NCBI RefSeq assembly: GCF_006345805.1 | Contig: NC_043008.1 | Location: 47,244,001 to 47,308,000, forward strand | Reading direction: 5' to 3' | Length of the DNA stretch: 64,000 nt | DNA from: Octopus sinensis | Lineage: Eukaryota | Part shown: in pieces, positions 1-12,664 of the stretch | How the letters are laid out: the number at the start of each line of letters is the position of its first letter | How positions within the stretch are numbered: the stretch's first letter is position 1 | Program-made: the position numbers and the translations under genes | Notes under the pieces: model-generated | Told to the model about the DNA's origin: nothing | What the model saw: only the letters and a program-made list of their open reading frames with translations | Database searches by the model: none

Positions 1-1096
1 GATTAGCATGTTCCTGATGGAAGCAATAACGAACGAGAGGACCTTAGAGCCTGTGTTATTGGAGCTCACCGCCGTTGCCGAGGTCAATGATTCATGTCTT
101 GAGTCGATTTCCGTTAATGGGACCAACAGGCCATGCTTTGAGCACTCAACTCTTTGGAGACAAATGCAAAAGTTATATTTCGTTGGCAACGTATAAGCTG
201 CAAGCCAAGAAGAATTCCTGATGGGATTTCTTAATCTTGAAATATATTTAGAGATGCATTCGTAATACATAGGATTTTATCTTGGAATTTTATAAAAAAG
301 TAGCAGCTAGAATAATGTTGCTAATGGTTTTGGGTAGATACTGACACCCAGTGGTGTTTACCTGGTCGACCTGTGAAACATCCAGGTTGTGTCAGCTGGA
401 GAGAGGGGGAGAGAGTTTCAGAGGGAGCGAAAGAGATTCAGAGGGAGAGAGATAGAAAGTGAGGAAAAGCGATGGTGAGGGAGCATATGATAACATGATT
501 GGGTTGGGACTTTATTGAACACTTAACCTATTCTTTTACCTTCGCTGGATTGAAATCAACGCTGAACATCCTTGAACAAGTATCACAACACCACATATCC
601 GACTGCATCGACTGAAATGCAAGACATTCTACGTACAATGCATCATATGATTTGCTTTCCTCTTACTTTCCTGCTGTGATATGAGGAGAAAAAGTAATTC
701 CCATCCATGCAGCAGTGTGTTATTTTGCACATTTCTATCGGTAACTAACGTGTGTCAAAATAATTCTCTTTTTTATTACCTAAGAGAGATTTAAGCGTGA
801 TTTAGCAAAAGATATAAAGATATGAATATATTTTCATGCAGAGGTGAGTGAACCACACAACTGCTAACACGCCAAGCACAGCATATAGAAATATACACAA
901 GAGGTGTATTTTACTTGAAAATCAATCTGACTTCGAGGAGTCTCAGACAAACATTAGCTCAACCCAGATACTAACTGCATTTACATATCCCGGTTTTATG
1001 GAAATATCACATAAACATTCAACATACATCACCAGTGCTTGATAAGGTTATTTCTTAATGCAGCACAATGCAATCAGTGTACATACACTGGGGCGC

Positions 1097-1133
<37 letters not shown>

Positions 1134-1240
1134 ATATTGTATAAACACACACACATATATATATATATATGTGCATTCATACATACACACACACATACAC
1201 ACACACACATGCATATATATATATATATATATATATATGC
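1097..1240. repeat. (TA)n/(CA)n compound microsatellite
   Basis: Dinucleotide runs visible directly; they explain the YIYI/HTHT ORFs. Confidence 0.95.
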
Positions 1241-2750
1241 ATGTATAAATGACGCCGGCATGTGGGCATGTTTTGTATTTGTTTTTGTAGTATGTGAGGA
1301 GAGGAAAAAGTCAAGATGCGCATGATTACAATAGAAAATTGTAGATGTTTGGGATTATGTTTTATATATATTGTATACAACATATTATTCGAAAGTATAT
1401 TACATGTTTTCTAATGGCAGACGAAACCGCGAGAGAGATGTTTGACATAAATATCTATACACGGGTGTTTTCTCCCCATACAAACTATTGTTGTGTATGC
1501 TTTCTATGATGTAAATCAATTGTATTTCTCACACAAACACTATCCACAAACTTACTTACTGCCATCTTCATTCTTGGCAAAATCCCATTTACAAGCACAA
1601 ATTGCTTCCAAAAATTATTATTGGCATGTTAAAGGATGATAACTTGAATATATTCTCAATTTGACAGCATACCCGAGTTCTTGAGCTGTAAATTACCTGA
1701 TCGATAAAACGAGAGAATACCACTGGTCGCTGCGTAGTAGCCTGTATGCTGTGACTGCGGCCCTGACACTTCGTTTATTTCATATCTTTCTTAAGTAACT
1801 CTCAGCATTTGATGAAGTGCCAACAGATTACAACCAATCTAACTTAATGTTGTATTAAAGAGTTCTAGCAACACTCACTACCAAATAAATTAAATTACTA
1901 TTCACTGTTCTAGATTACACTTTTTGTTTCTTGGACAGATATTTTGTGGCCGCCATTCAATGTACATCATTCAATGTTCACCTGTTGACACAACGTTTTA
2001 AAAAGTAATCAACAACAACAACAACAACAACAACGGACTATTTAAAGAAAACAATATTACAAATGGCACCTCACTAAACCGCTTGACTTGACAGCGGACT
2101 TGTAACTTTCCCAAAGACCTTTTCATGCTTCACGACGACCAGCCATACATAATATTATCAATCCAACATAAAAGGTATTAGGACTTCTGTGAAATCCAGT
2201 TCTTCAGCTCTGTTTGAAATATGGATGCCACTGCTACTACTGCAACGCACATGAAGACACCGTATTAGGAGCAAAAGAGAAAAAATCTAGCTCTTAAGCA
2301 AATATCCATGGGCCAATATTCATCAATCAATCATTCACAAACACGTTTATTTATTTATCTTTTTCCAGCTGCCCTCTCCTTAAACATTTCTTCATCTTCA
2401 CTTGAATAGATACCTACCTGTCACCTCCATACGTAGATACGCGATATACGTTTCTCAACTTTGATACATTTAACACCTCATTCTTTTAATCATTTACTCA
2501 AACTACGCTAGAGAATTTCTTCAATGTATATTTACAAACTTCTGCAATTTCTTCGCCAGCCTAATGTAATTAATGAGAAGTACTTTAAGTTCTAGCTACT
2601 GCTCCGGTATGTGAAAACCTATAAGTGGCAGGCAGCCATCACCCTCCATTCACTGACATTGTAAAGCACCTACTTTAAAATCTGTGTTTTAGTGAGATTG
2701 GAATTTTATCATTAAAACGATGTTGAGTTCTTATGAAAACTCGGCTAATA

Positions 2751-2922
2751 TTGGTTTCGAATTTTGGAACAAGGTCAGAAATTTCTGGGAGGGGTTAAGT
2801 CGATTACATCTACCCCAGTGCTCAACCGGTAATTATATTATAGATCCCGAAAGGATGAAAGACGGACGAAATGCCGCTAAGCATTTTGCCCGGCGTATTA
2901 ACGACTCTACCAGCTCACCACC
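2751..2922 (-). mobile_element. tRNA-derived SINE family A, internally deleted copy
   Basis: Reverse complement matches the head (gagctggtagagtcgttaatacgccgggcaaaatgcttagcggcatttcgtcc) and body (ctttcatcctttcggg...ctggggtagatgtaatcgactt) of the copies at 10258, 28341, 30791, 60137 and 62157. Confidence 0.85.
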
Positions 2923-3158
2923 ATAAACTGACTAATACTATCTCTGCCTGTCTATTGCGCGCGCGCTTGTGTGTGTGTGTAGGTGTTGGTGAACAAAGAG
3001 AGAGAGAAACAGACAGACATACAGACAGACATAAAGACGCATAGACAGACAAAGAGAGAAATCTGAGGAAAATTTTCCAACGAAAATATCGGCATAACCA
3101 GATCAACTACAAAAAGAAGAAATTCTCAGAAACGAGAAGACGACGCTGGCGAATAAAG

Positions 3159-3308
<150 letters not shown>

Positions 3309-3977
3309 AAGGTATATATATATACATAAAGTTCTTTCTCCTATTATACATATACATGCGCATATAGGTACATACTGACATACACGAGCGCGCACACATA
3401 AACGCACACATTTGCCCATGGATATACTTTTGTACACATATAGAGAGAGTGTATGCGAGAATTAAAGAATGAAAGATTGGATTGAATAAGTTTTCCCTCA
3501 TAACCCGACGGGCCTAAATACAGAGAGTTTTTAATGCAAGAATTCATTGTGGAAAATTCGAAATTTCTATACCTTAGTTGGATTTGTGGTTCCATGACTG
3601 ACAAAAAAAGGAAAACAAAACACAGCGATTACAAAAAAATGAAGATAACACAGAAGGATTTTGCATGATTGTCTGTCAATGGGGGGGGTGAGGTCGGTGG
3701 GACTTTTTCGTTTATTTTAGTTTAGGATTTCTTCTATTGTGACTTTGGCATTGTATTTATGAGGGAGTATTTATAGGGGGTATGCGTTTAAACACACGTC
3801 TGCGAATGTGAATGCGTGTATGTGCGTGCGCGTGTGTGTGTTTGTGTTTGAGTATGCGTATGTACGTTTCTCTTTGGAATGCAGTGTTGTAGGGTTGACT
3901 GAAATATTCATTGAGAAAATGTAAAACAATTTGAATTGCAACGGTTTGGTGCTGTTTTCTTTTTGTTTTCTCTTTTC

Positions 3978-4021
<44 letters not shown>

Positions 4022-4057
4022 CTGGCGGATGGATGGATGGATAGATAGACGATATGA

Positions 4058-4214
4058 TTCTTTCAGTTTCCATCAACCAAATCGTCTTACAAGGCTTTCG
4101 TTGACCCATGGATATAGTAGAACACACTTGTCCAAGGTGCCACACAGTGGGACTGAACCCGGAACCATGTGGTTGGGAAGGAAGCTTCTCAGTACACAGC
4201 CTTTCCAACGCCTA
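4058..4214 (-). mobile_element. tRNA-derived SINE family B (CORE-like), 5' half
   Basis: Reverse complement of ggctgtgt...cttcccaaccacatggttccgggttcagtcccactgtgtggcaccttggacaagtg; matches 40269-40430. Confidence 0.85.
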
Positions 4215-4481
4215 TAAATAGGTTTCCATCTGATCTGGAAACTATACGTCATAACTGGAATTGACTCGGTGTTAATAGTTTTAAATCATTGAAATTCATT
4301 CAGTTCGCTCTTTGGCACCCGACGCAGTCTTCTGTAGTACACTCACCCGAGACGTCCCTATTTTTCTTTTCATTGCTAAATGAACTGTTATTGTTAAACT
4401 CATTGTTATCATTTCATATAAGCACAACTGACACAGAAACATATATATATATATAGCGACAGCAGAAGCGGCGGGAGAAGT

Positions 4482-4540
4482 TGCAGCAGTAGCAGCAGCA
4501 GCAGCAGCAGCAGCAGCAATAGTAGTAGTAGTAGTAGTAT

Positions 4541-4592
<52 letters not shown>
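4482..4592. repeat. (CAG)n-(TAG)n trinucleotide repeat
   Basis: Visible directly; source of the poly-Leu ORF. Confidence 0.95.
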
Positions 4593-4593
<1 letters not shown>

Positions 4594-4847
4594 TTTTTAC
4601 ATCTATTATTGGATTGCTAGGTATCAAACTACATCGCTAGTTATATATGTGTGTATGTGTGTGTGTGTGTAAGTATATGGGTATGTACATACGTGTGTAT
4701 GCACGCATGTATGTAGAGAGATAGGTAAATTTGTAGGTAGGTTGATAGGAAGGAAGGAATGCATATGTATATGTGTGTGTATCTGTACGTGCTCTTGCAT
4801 GGTTTCAAGTAAGCTTATATTTCAATATACACACACTTGTATTTCAA

Positions 4848-4880
<33 letters not shown>

Positions 4881-5917
4881 TTGGTTTGCAATAAAATAGA
4901 TTTTGTATACATTGACTTAATCGTGTTTACCCATATTTTTGGTTTCTATTAGTTTATCGGCAGCTACAAAACCACTGACAGGTTTTCGCTTAGTTCCGAT
5001 GTCACCACGCAAAATATTTTATCGCTATTTGTAATGAATGTCCTTTTCAAATACAGCATCATCTGGAAAGCAGAGATATGTGCAAAAATCTTACTTTATT
5101 TCAAGTAAATTGATGAACTCTGTGTGGTAAATATAATCCATGACATTTCATAACATGAACCATATGTCTGAAACAGATCTGTGGCGCCAAAATGTCTAAA
5201 GCATGGAATATGAAAATCTACGACCTCCATAGGCTGTTCACAAACTTATCTCACCTCTCAGTTTTGTAGACAGCATTCTTTTATCATTTAATTAGCATAA
5301 ATTTAATGATGTGATATATTCACTATTCTTAAAATATTTACCAATATGTGTGTGTGTGTGTATTTGTGTGTGTGTGTGTGTACGTATATACACACATAGA
5401 TATATATATACATATGGATATGTGCGTTTAAATATATGTATATTTTTATTTTATGCATAAATTCATAATTGTATACCTATATGTCTGTGTATGTGTGTGT
5501 GTTTGCGCGTGTATGTTTGTGTGTGTGCGTGTGTGTGTTGTGTATGAGTGAATCATTATACATTTGCTATGTTTGAAGGGTGATATTGCAATTTAATAGT
5601 TACGCCCCATATTCGTGTAGTCATTAAACGATGCGTATAAGCAAATAATCTAGATATGAATCAGCGATCAGCATACCACATAAGATACTTATACGATACA
5701 TATATATATATACATGCATACTTCCGTTCATGCAAACACGCACGCTCGCACACACACACACACACACATACATACACAGTGCACAAGGGTGTGCGTACAT
5801 GTTATGTGTGTGCGTGTATATATATATATATATGTATAGGTATGTATAGATATATATATATATATATGTGCACACACATATATATACATATATATATATA
5901 TATATATGCACACAATC

Positions 5918-5969
<52 letters not shown>

Positions 5970-5970
5970 A

Positions 5971-6019
<49 letters not shown>

Positions 6020-6022
<3 letters not shown>

Positions 6023-6175
6023 GTGTATGTGTGAGTCTTTGTGACTATGTTTGTCGCGACCATCGTGTGAAAACCGATTTTGATGTTTTTAAATCCACGT
6101 AAATTAGCGGTTCGGGAAGAGAGACCTCTAGAATAAGTACTAGGCATACAAAGAATAAGTCCTGGAATCGCTCTG
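6020..6175 (+). mobile_element. SINE family B, 3' half
   Basis: gcggttcgg...tagaataagtactaggcatacaaagaataagtcctgg matches 40563-40625. Confidence 0.75.
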
Positions 6176-6394
6176 TGCATGTGAGAGCGTGTGTGGACTG
6201 TACATGCGTCGGTCCGCACATGTCCCCTCCACACACGCTCACATCAGCAACATTGGTTAATTTCTTATCATAACCATTTCTTATCATTAATTTCTTATCA
6301 AATATCGAATGCAAGGTAAGCATTCGATAATTGCTTTCTTTTGATTTGCCTTGTATCAACTTCCTATTGTTCTGGCCTTACCCAATATATATAC

Positions 6395-6598
6395 ATGTGA
6401 CCGCGTGTGTACCGTTGGCGATTTTTTTCCTCCGTCTTCCCTTCTCTGGATCTTTCTTTTCCTATGTTTCCGACGTAGAGCTCCGCTCGAAACGTAAAAC
6501 CCTCCTTCTTCCCTTCCTTCCTGAGCGTCCAATAATACTATATTTGTTCCACGTCCTCGCTTTGTTGTGTTTTCTCTTGTGTTATCATGTTTGGATTA

Positions 6599-6603
<5 letters not shown>
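6395..6603 (+). mobile_element. Short non-autonomous Penelope-like (pLTR-type) repeat carrying a hammerhead motif
   Basis: Pyrimidine-rich flank, HHR fold at 6466-6500, then cctgagcgt..aatac (shared with 25511) and a (TA)n tail. Confidence 0.6.
6466..6500 (+). ncRNA. Degenerate minimal type-I hammerhead ribozyme
   Basis: gttt|CCGACGT|a gagc-tcc-gctc|GAAA|cgT|A|aaac: stem I gttt/aaac, stem II gagc/gctc, palindromic stem III ACGT; core differs from CUGANGA at two positions. Confidence 0.6.
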
Positions 6604-6673
<70 letters not shown>

Positions 6674-6682
6674 CGTGGTGCA

Positions 6683-6815
6683 TCTTTCAATTTTCGGCTA
6701 CCAAATGCACTCACAAAGTTTTAGTCGGCCCGAGGTCGTAGTTGACGATAGTTTCTCATGGTTCCAAGCAGGGAGACTGAAACCGGAACCATGTGGTTGG
6801 GAAGCATGCTTCTTA
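6683..6815 (-). mobile_element. SINE family B, 5' half, diverged
   Basis: ccggaaccatgtggttgggaagc and ccaaatgcactcacaaag match family B in reverse. Confidence 0.75.
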
Positions 6816-6849
6816 CAAAACAAGACGGAAAAAGCAGGCATTAGTACCC

Positions 6850-7105
6850 GAGAGAATTGAACCGACAACCCACACATCTAAGTATATTGACAAGTTTGCG
6901 CTCGTCACTGTCTCTTAACTAATGCAGAATACATATATTCGGGAATACAGAAAAAATAGCATTTAGAGAACTCATCGACATTTGCGCCACTTACGAACAA
7001 CCTAGCTTCAAAATTTTTCATTCAGGGATGATACGACCTGTAGTCTGTGCATCAGCAAAAAGTCATATTTTATCACAAACTATAAACCCCTTTTGAATGC
7101 GTCCA
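6850..7105 (+). pseudogene. Penelope-like GIY-YIG endonuclease C-terminal remnant
   Basis: Manual translation gives ELIDICATYEQPSFKI...KKSYFITNYKPLLNA, resembling the PLE C-terminal E..WI.....LN motif; frameshifted. Confidence 0.45.
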
Positions 7106-7357
7106 CTACAAATGACACTACTAGAAGGGCCTTAGAATAATACACGCGGAAATATAAAAAAGATACATTCAGAACAGTCGCTACCCATGAATTTATTCAG
7201 AACACTTCCAATCATTACTATCACAACCACCACAAGTCACTTTTAGGTCACTTGACCATTTCAAAGGATTCCACCAACATCCTACTACTGTCATACCACT
7301 CCCGTATGCTTCTTAGACTTTCCGGCCTTTTCTTACTCCCTCTTATTATTTTTTTAC

Positions 7358-7497
7358 TCTTCTTCTTCTTTTTCTTCTTCTTCTTCTTCTTCTTCTTCTT
7401 CTTCTTCTCCTTCTTCTCCTTCTTCTTCTTCTTCTTCTTTTTCTTCTTCTCCTTCTTCTTCTTTGTCTTCTCTTTGTACTTCTTCTCCTTCTTCTTC
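7358..7497. repeat. (CTT)n microsatellite
   Basis: Visible directly; source of the poly-Lys and poly-Phe ORFs. Confidence 0.95.
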
Positions 7498-8320
7498 GCC
7501 ACGTCCTTCCTCGGCTGCTGCTGCTTAAACAATCAAATCCAAGAACTCACATCAAATATTATATTAGTACTGCTACTAGCAAATACATACTATCAAGTTT
7601 TCACAAGAGTAAAAGAGAAAGACAGACAGACAGACAGGCATACAGAAAAGAGGAAAATGTTCTTTGTATTTGAAACCTATGGAAATATATAAAACATTTT
7701 ATTTAATTTTTCGACAATTTAATGTTTTTCATTCTTTACTCTAGGCTGAAAAAGTCGCAAGTACTTAAACCGGTACTAAAAATTCTTCAGGATGAAATGA
7801 TGTAGCATATATTTTAACGGTGAGAACGGTGGAAGGGGAGAGAACATGAATCTTCGCTTGTACATTTTGAATTTGCTAGTACTGGCAGTCTGAGCGTGTT
7901 CGTCTGAGGTGATACGTTGCCGGAGGGGTATGTTCATTCTTTTAGTGCTTTCAAATCCAAAATTAAGGAATGTTGAGCTGACGAAGGAAATGCCGAGTTT
8001 TATTTGACTAATCTAGAAACGTTGACGTTCTCAAATGATCTTTGTACTTGTGATATTTTACTGTTTTTACCTCCATATCTTCGTGGGTTATTTTTGAGTA
8101 AACATTATCTGAGAGAAAAATTCTTAAAGTAGTGGAAATGGCTAAAACACTTTTTGGCTGCTATTTCTAGAAAGTTCAGTATGTGGCAAAGTAATTTATT
8201 TTACTAAGCCCTAATTATATAATGTAATATTTTGAATTCGCCTTAAATGGTCCTTTTACATACTGAACACTACTTTTGGTGAAATTGATTGATAACTAAT
8301 TAATTTTACCCTCAATTGTT

Positions 8321-8472
<152 letters not shown>

Positions 8473-9616
8473 TCTTTATATATATAAAACTGAGAATGTG
8501 TGTCTGTCTGTCTGTGTGTCTGTGTGTTTCCATAAAACTTAAAAACTACACAACCAATTTCATTCAAATTTTACACATGCCTTACTTAGGGTCCGGAGAG
8601 TGTCTTCGGCAAAAACATTTTGAACTTTTTGCCTAAGGTGAGCCCACAGCAATATCATATCTTCTCCACTACGATTGCCTAAAACTTGAGAACTACACAA
8701 CCAATTCCATTCAAATTTGACACATGCCTTACTTCTTGCCTAGAGCGAGCCCATAGCAATATCATATCTTCTCCACTATTTCAGTTTTAAATGTTAAATG
8801 TGAAACAAAAACGTTTCTGTATTTTATGTCAGATACTTTCACTTTAACAATAAAAATAATAATAACAATTGAATTATATGTAGTAAGTAATAATTAAAAT
8901 CAGACTAAAGTATAATATAATCGTAACAAAACAAAAGTAAAAATAGCAATTGGTATAAAATTACATCAATGACTTGAACTTGAATAAGTGGTTTCACATG
9001 AATGGGAATAAATTTAAAATAAAATTAGCCTGCAGAAATGGAATAGTCCAGATGGATAATAAAAAATTAAATTAAAGAAAAGACTATTGTCTATAAAGTA
9101 TACAATGTAGAGAAAAAAGAAGATTTGAACACATGGAGGAAAGCACCTTCGAAAAGTGTCTTGGTGCGACTATGAAAGGTATCTAATCAGAGGCGGTAAA
9201 TTCGCCACAATAGAAGCAATGTTCGAGTCAACGGAGCGTGCAAGGGAGTACTCGACTCGAACTTGCAAAGTGTAAATATTTTACTTTTACCTTTATATCT
9301 GGGACGTAGAACGTCCTGGAAAAAAATATTAAATGTTCCCCCTCAGAAGTAGAGGTAGGCTGGATTGTAGCCACACTTCTATACAAGAGGGAGGACAAGA
9401 TACAATTGATCTAAATTACAAGAGACGGGCTAACAATTCCAGTCTCTTATATAATTTGAGTATTGTTGTCACTAGCGATATCAAGATATAACTATGTATT
9501 TTGTATTTTATGTGTAGATGTATATATATAGATGTACGTGTAATATGTACACATATATACACACATATATACATGCACTAGCACTATGACCCGGCAACGA
9601 CGGTCTTTAATGCTAG
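8473..9616 (+). mobile_element. Non-autonomous Helitron
   Basis: 5' A|TC(tttatatatataaaa...gtctgtctgt) start; 3' hairpin gacc-cggcaacg-ac-ggtc (9588-9605) followed by CTAG|T; no TSD; internal duplication 8540-8670 / 8678-8780. Confidence 0.7.
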
Positions 9617-9621
9617 TATAT

Positions 9622-9664
<43 letters not shown>

Positions 9665-9675
9665 TATATATATAT

Positions 9676-9755
9676 AGGAAATTTGTAGAAAAACAAAAAC
9701 GAACAGGTGTATGAACAACAAACAGTGTATTAGTTTGACGCTCGGGAAATGAATA
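9676..9755 (-). mobile_element. Truncated copy of the CUGUAGA-hammerhead repeat family (3' part only)
   Basis: Reverse complement matches 25510-25590 (cccgagcgtcaaactaatacac...ttgtt...acacctgttcgtttttgtttttctacaaatttcc). Confidence 0.65.
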
Positions 9756-10257
9756 TGAGTACTTATTCTATCTGACATTTTGTGCCATCGAGGTAAATGA
9801 CCCTGATAACAGAGCCCACCTTTTATAACGCTAAATAATAGCTTATGTAATGTGAGAAAATTGTTATAAACGAAGATTGAAGCGATTAGTAATTAGTACT
9901 TTAAATATGCAGGAAATCCCGAACACAGGAGAACAAAAGAGCTTAGCGTATCAAGTAAAATAAGATTATAGACGAGGAAAAAATAAAAGCTGCCCAACAA
10001 GTCGATACAAAGAATCGAACTGTGTACCACTCAGTTTCTCTCTATTATTTAACCCACATCTCTAAGCTGTTTTACGTTTGACTTTTCTTCCATTTCTAAA
10101 ATGCCAGTCTCTCGACGCTCCAATGATTGTTACAATGTTTGTTTATCAAATGCTCTCACAAAATACATATTAGCTTTTAACTATTTTTGATTCTTAAAAT
10201 TCATAGGAAAATTTGACAATAAATCGATGCTTATGTATACAGACTTTTAGAGAATTA

Positions 10258-10513
10258 AAGCGGCGAGTTGGCAGAATCGTTAGCACGCCGGGCGAATTGA
10301 GTAGCTGTATTTCGTCTGCCGTTACGTTCTGTCGGTCCTTGTTTGTCTCCTCTGTGTTTAGCCCCTTGTCGGTAGTAAAGAAATAGAAATAGGTATTTCG
10401 CCTGCCGCTACGTTCTGAGTTCAAATGCCGCCGAGGTCGACTTTGCCTTTCATCCTTCCGGGGGTCGATTAAATAAGTACCAGTTACGCACTGGGGTCGA
10501 TGTAATCGACTTA
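10258..10513 (+). mobile_element. SINE family A, rearranged or partially dimeric copy
   Basis: tRNA-like head (A box tggcagaatcg; B box gagttcaaatgcc); segment gtatttcg.ctgccg.tacgttctg occurs twice with the 3' tail in between. Confidence 0.88.
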
Positions 10514-10519
10514 CAATGT

Positions 10520-11187
10520 GTGTGTACATGATAATGTGTATTTATGTGAGATAATAACATAAAAAGTGTCCAGACATAAAATGGAGATAAATTTACCAGG
10601 TTGTAGTAAGGTTACACAATAGTTGTAGTCCTGTACAAGAAGTTGAGGTCACAAGGCAGAACCGGTTACTACATGTGTTGTGTAGCTGTTGTGGCTATTA
10701 TGCCGCGCCGGGTTACTTGATACAGGAATTCTTGCTGATAGTTCTTGCTGTTGACTTTGGTGAAGTAGTCACAAGCAGTGAGAAGTTAAAACTAGGCCGT
10801 TATTGCTGGGTACGTTTCGTTGAAGTCGACGGTGGTGATGGTGACGGTAGAGAACGGTGACGTTGAGGTGAAGGCGATGGTGGTGGAAGACGGTCCTGAG
10901 TTGCTGGTGTATGTTGGTGTCGTCGCGGGAACATGGCTGGGTCGCTGGAGCTAGTTGAGAGGCGGAAACTGGCTGGAATGGTGTGGTCATTGGTCAGAGA
11001 CCAAAGACGAGAAATAGTGATTTGCTGGCGCCTTTTAAAGCAGAACGGAGGCTCAAATTGGATTGTGAACAAGCTGTCTCACATGATCTTATTGGAAGGT
11101 TTTGATTGGTTGGTTTCCACATTGGCGCGAAATAAATCAAGAGACAAACTGCACCAATGCCAACCAATCAGAGTAGTGGACACAACA
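10520..11187 (-). mobile_element. Probable solo LTR
   Basis: Minus strand starts TGTTGTGTCC and ends near ...TACA; CCAAT boxes, TATA-like tttaaaagg, GC-richer than the flanks, no ORF; no TSD found. Confidence 0.45.
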
Positions 11188-12348
11188 GGATCCAAATAGC
11201 GGACAAAAGTTAACTGTTATCTGCTACAACATGATTTGTACTGCATGTCTCATAGAGCGTGGATTCTTTCCACCAACGCTACAAATTCTTCAAATTGCTA
11301 CAAGGCATAGAAGCGATAATCTTTCGTCGTCCTCTTTTGATCAAAAGTGTAAAATTTCTTTCCCTGCCCATAACATTATCTCAGCCATCAGTAAACAAGG
11401 AAGCCTGGACTAGAAACAGGTAGGAAAGCTGATAATAATTTAGTTTTAGATACACAACGTCTGAAAAAAAAAAGAAGAAACATGGTTGGAACATGGTTGC
11501 AATACTAAATCGTGGCTAACTTCGAGATAAATAACAAGAACAATGATCTGTATTCGTTTTAGTTTTTGATCAGAAAGTAAATAGAAAAACAAATTTTTAA
11601 CCTGGAATTTAAATACACAAAATAAAACATTCATTAACATATACACATGCACACATTGAGGTGTCTTTGTATGTATAGATGTATGTAAGTATGTATGTTT
11701 GTTTGTCGGTATGTGTATGTGTGTATGTGTGTGCGTGTGTGCGTGTGTGTGTGTGTGCGTTTGTATATTTATGACTAAGTAAGCGTGTGCTTGTGTGTTA
11801 GTTTCTGTTTTGCGTATTGAAAGAAAATAATGAAAGAAAAAAATAAATACTGAGATAGAATCAAATAACGACAGAATAGCTTAACTATCAGCTATAGAGA
11901 CAATAAATAGAGACTAGTTTTTATTACATGAAGCTAAGAGATTACACATTGCAGACGCAAATATCTAAAAAAAAATTCAATTAAAATTTTCGTCTCGCGT
12001 AGATACGAATCGAAAGAATACAATCCATATCTCGCATATCTGTTTTTAAATATATCACTGGCAACAAAATGGATTCCCTGGTTCGGTTTCCTGGCGCAGC
12101 AACTAAGATGATTGAATTCTAATCTAATTTCTGATGAAATAAAGACTTGTAAGAAAATAATTTGTGATTATCAGGTGAGAAGATAATCCCAGTAGCCGGA
12201 AAGTAGAGTGTCGGCGGTTTACTGTTCATGCGTAAAATATATCTGAATGCACGCGCACAGAGGGAGAAAGAGAAATACAGACAGAGATGGCTATTGTGTG
12301 TGTTACCTGAACCACACACACACACACACACACACACGCACATATATT

Positions 12349-12445
12349 TGAAATTTACAGAAAACAAAAGACGAAGACATGTGACAGAACAACTAGCAGG
12401 TGTATTAGTTTACCGAACGGGAAGATGGGGAAAAGGTTTTGATAT
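12349..12445 (-). mobile_element. Inverted partial copy of the hammerhead repeat family
   Basis: gaaatttacagaaaacaaaagacgaagac...ggtgtattagtttac is the reverse complement of the family 3' segment (cf. 25515-25590). Confidence 0.6.
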
Positions 12446-12449
12446 CATT

Positions 12450-12590
12450 AGCCACTACACCCATTTTTTCTCTCCTTGTTTTTTCTGTGTCCCTTTCTGT
12501 AGAAGAGCGTAAGCTAGAAACGTAAAAGACTTTTTCTATTCCTGAACATTATACTAATACATATGTTTGTTTTGTACACCATATGCCTTG

Positions 12591-12592
<2 letters not shown>
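12450..12592 (+). mobile_element. Short PLE-like repeat with CUGUAGA-core hammerhead
   Basis: Near-identical to 25410-25560; ends in (TA)n. Confidence 0.75.
12493..12528 (+). ncRNA. Minimal type-I hammerhead-like motif (variant core CUGUAGA)
   Basis: cttt|CTGTAGA|a gagc-gtaa-gcta|GAAA|cgT|A|aaag; stem I cttt/aaag, palindromic stem III. Confidence 0.6.

Positions 12593-12664
<72 letters not shown>

Noticed and set aside
1-400. Possible gypsy gag remnant on the minus strand
   Set aside because: Similarity too vague to support by eye
1408-1435. ctaatggcagacgaaacc and similar CTGATGA/GAAAC hits (12130, 12900-12990, 32560)
   Set aside because: The stems needed for a hammerhead fold are missing or too degenerate
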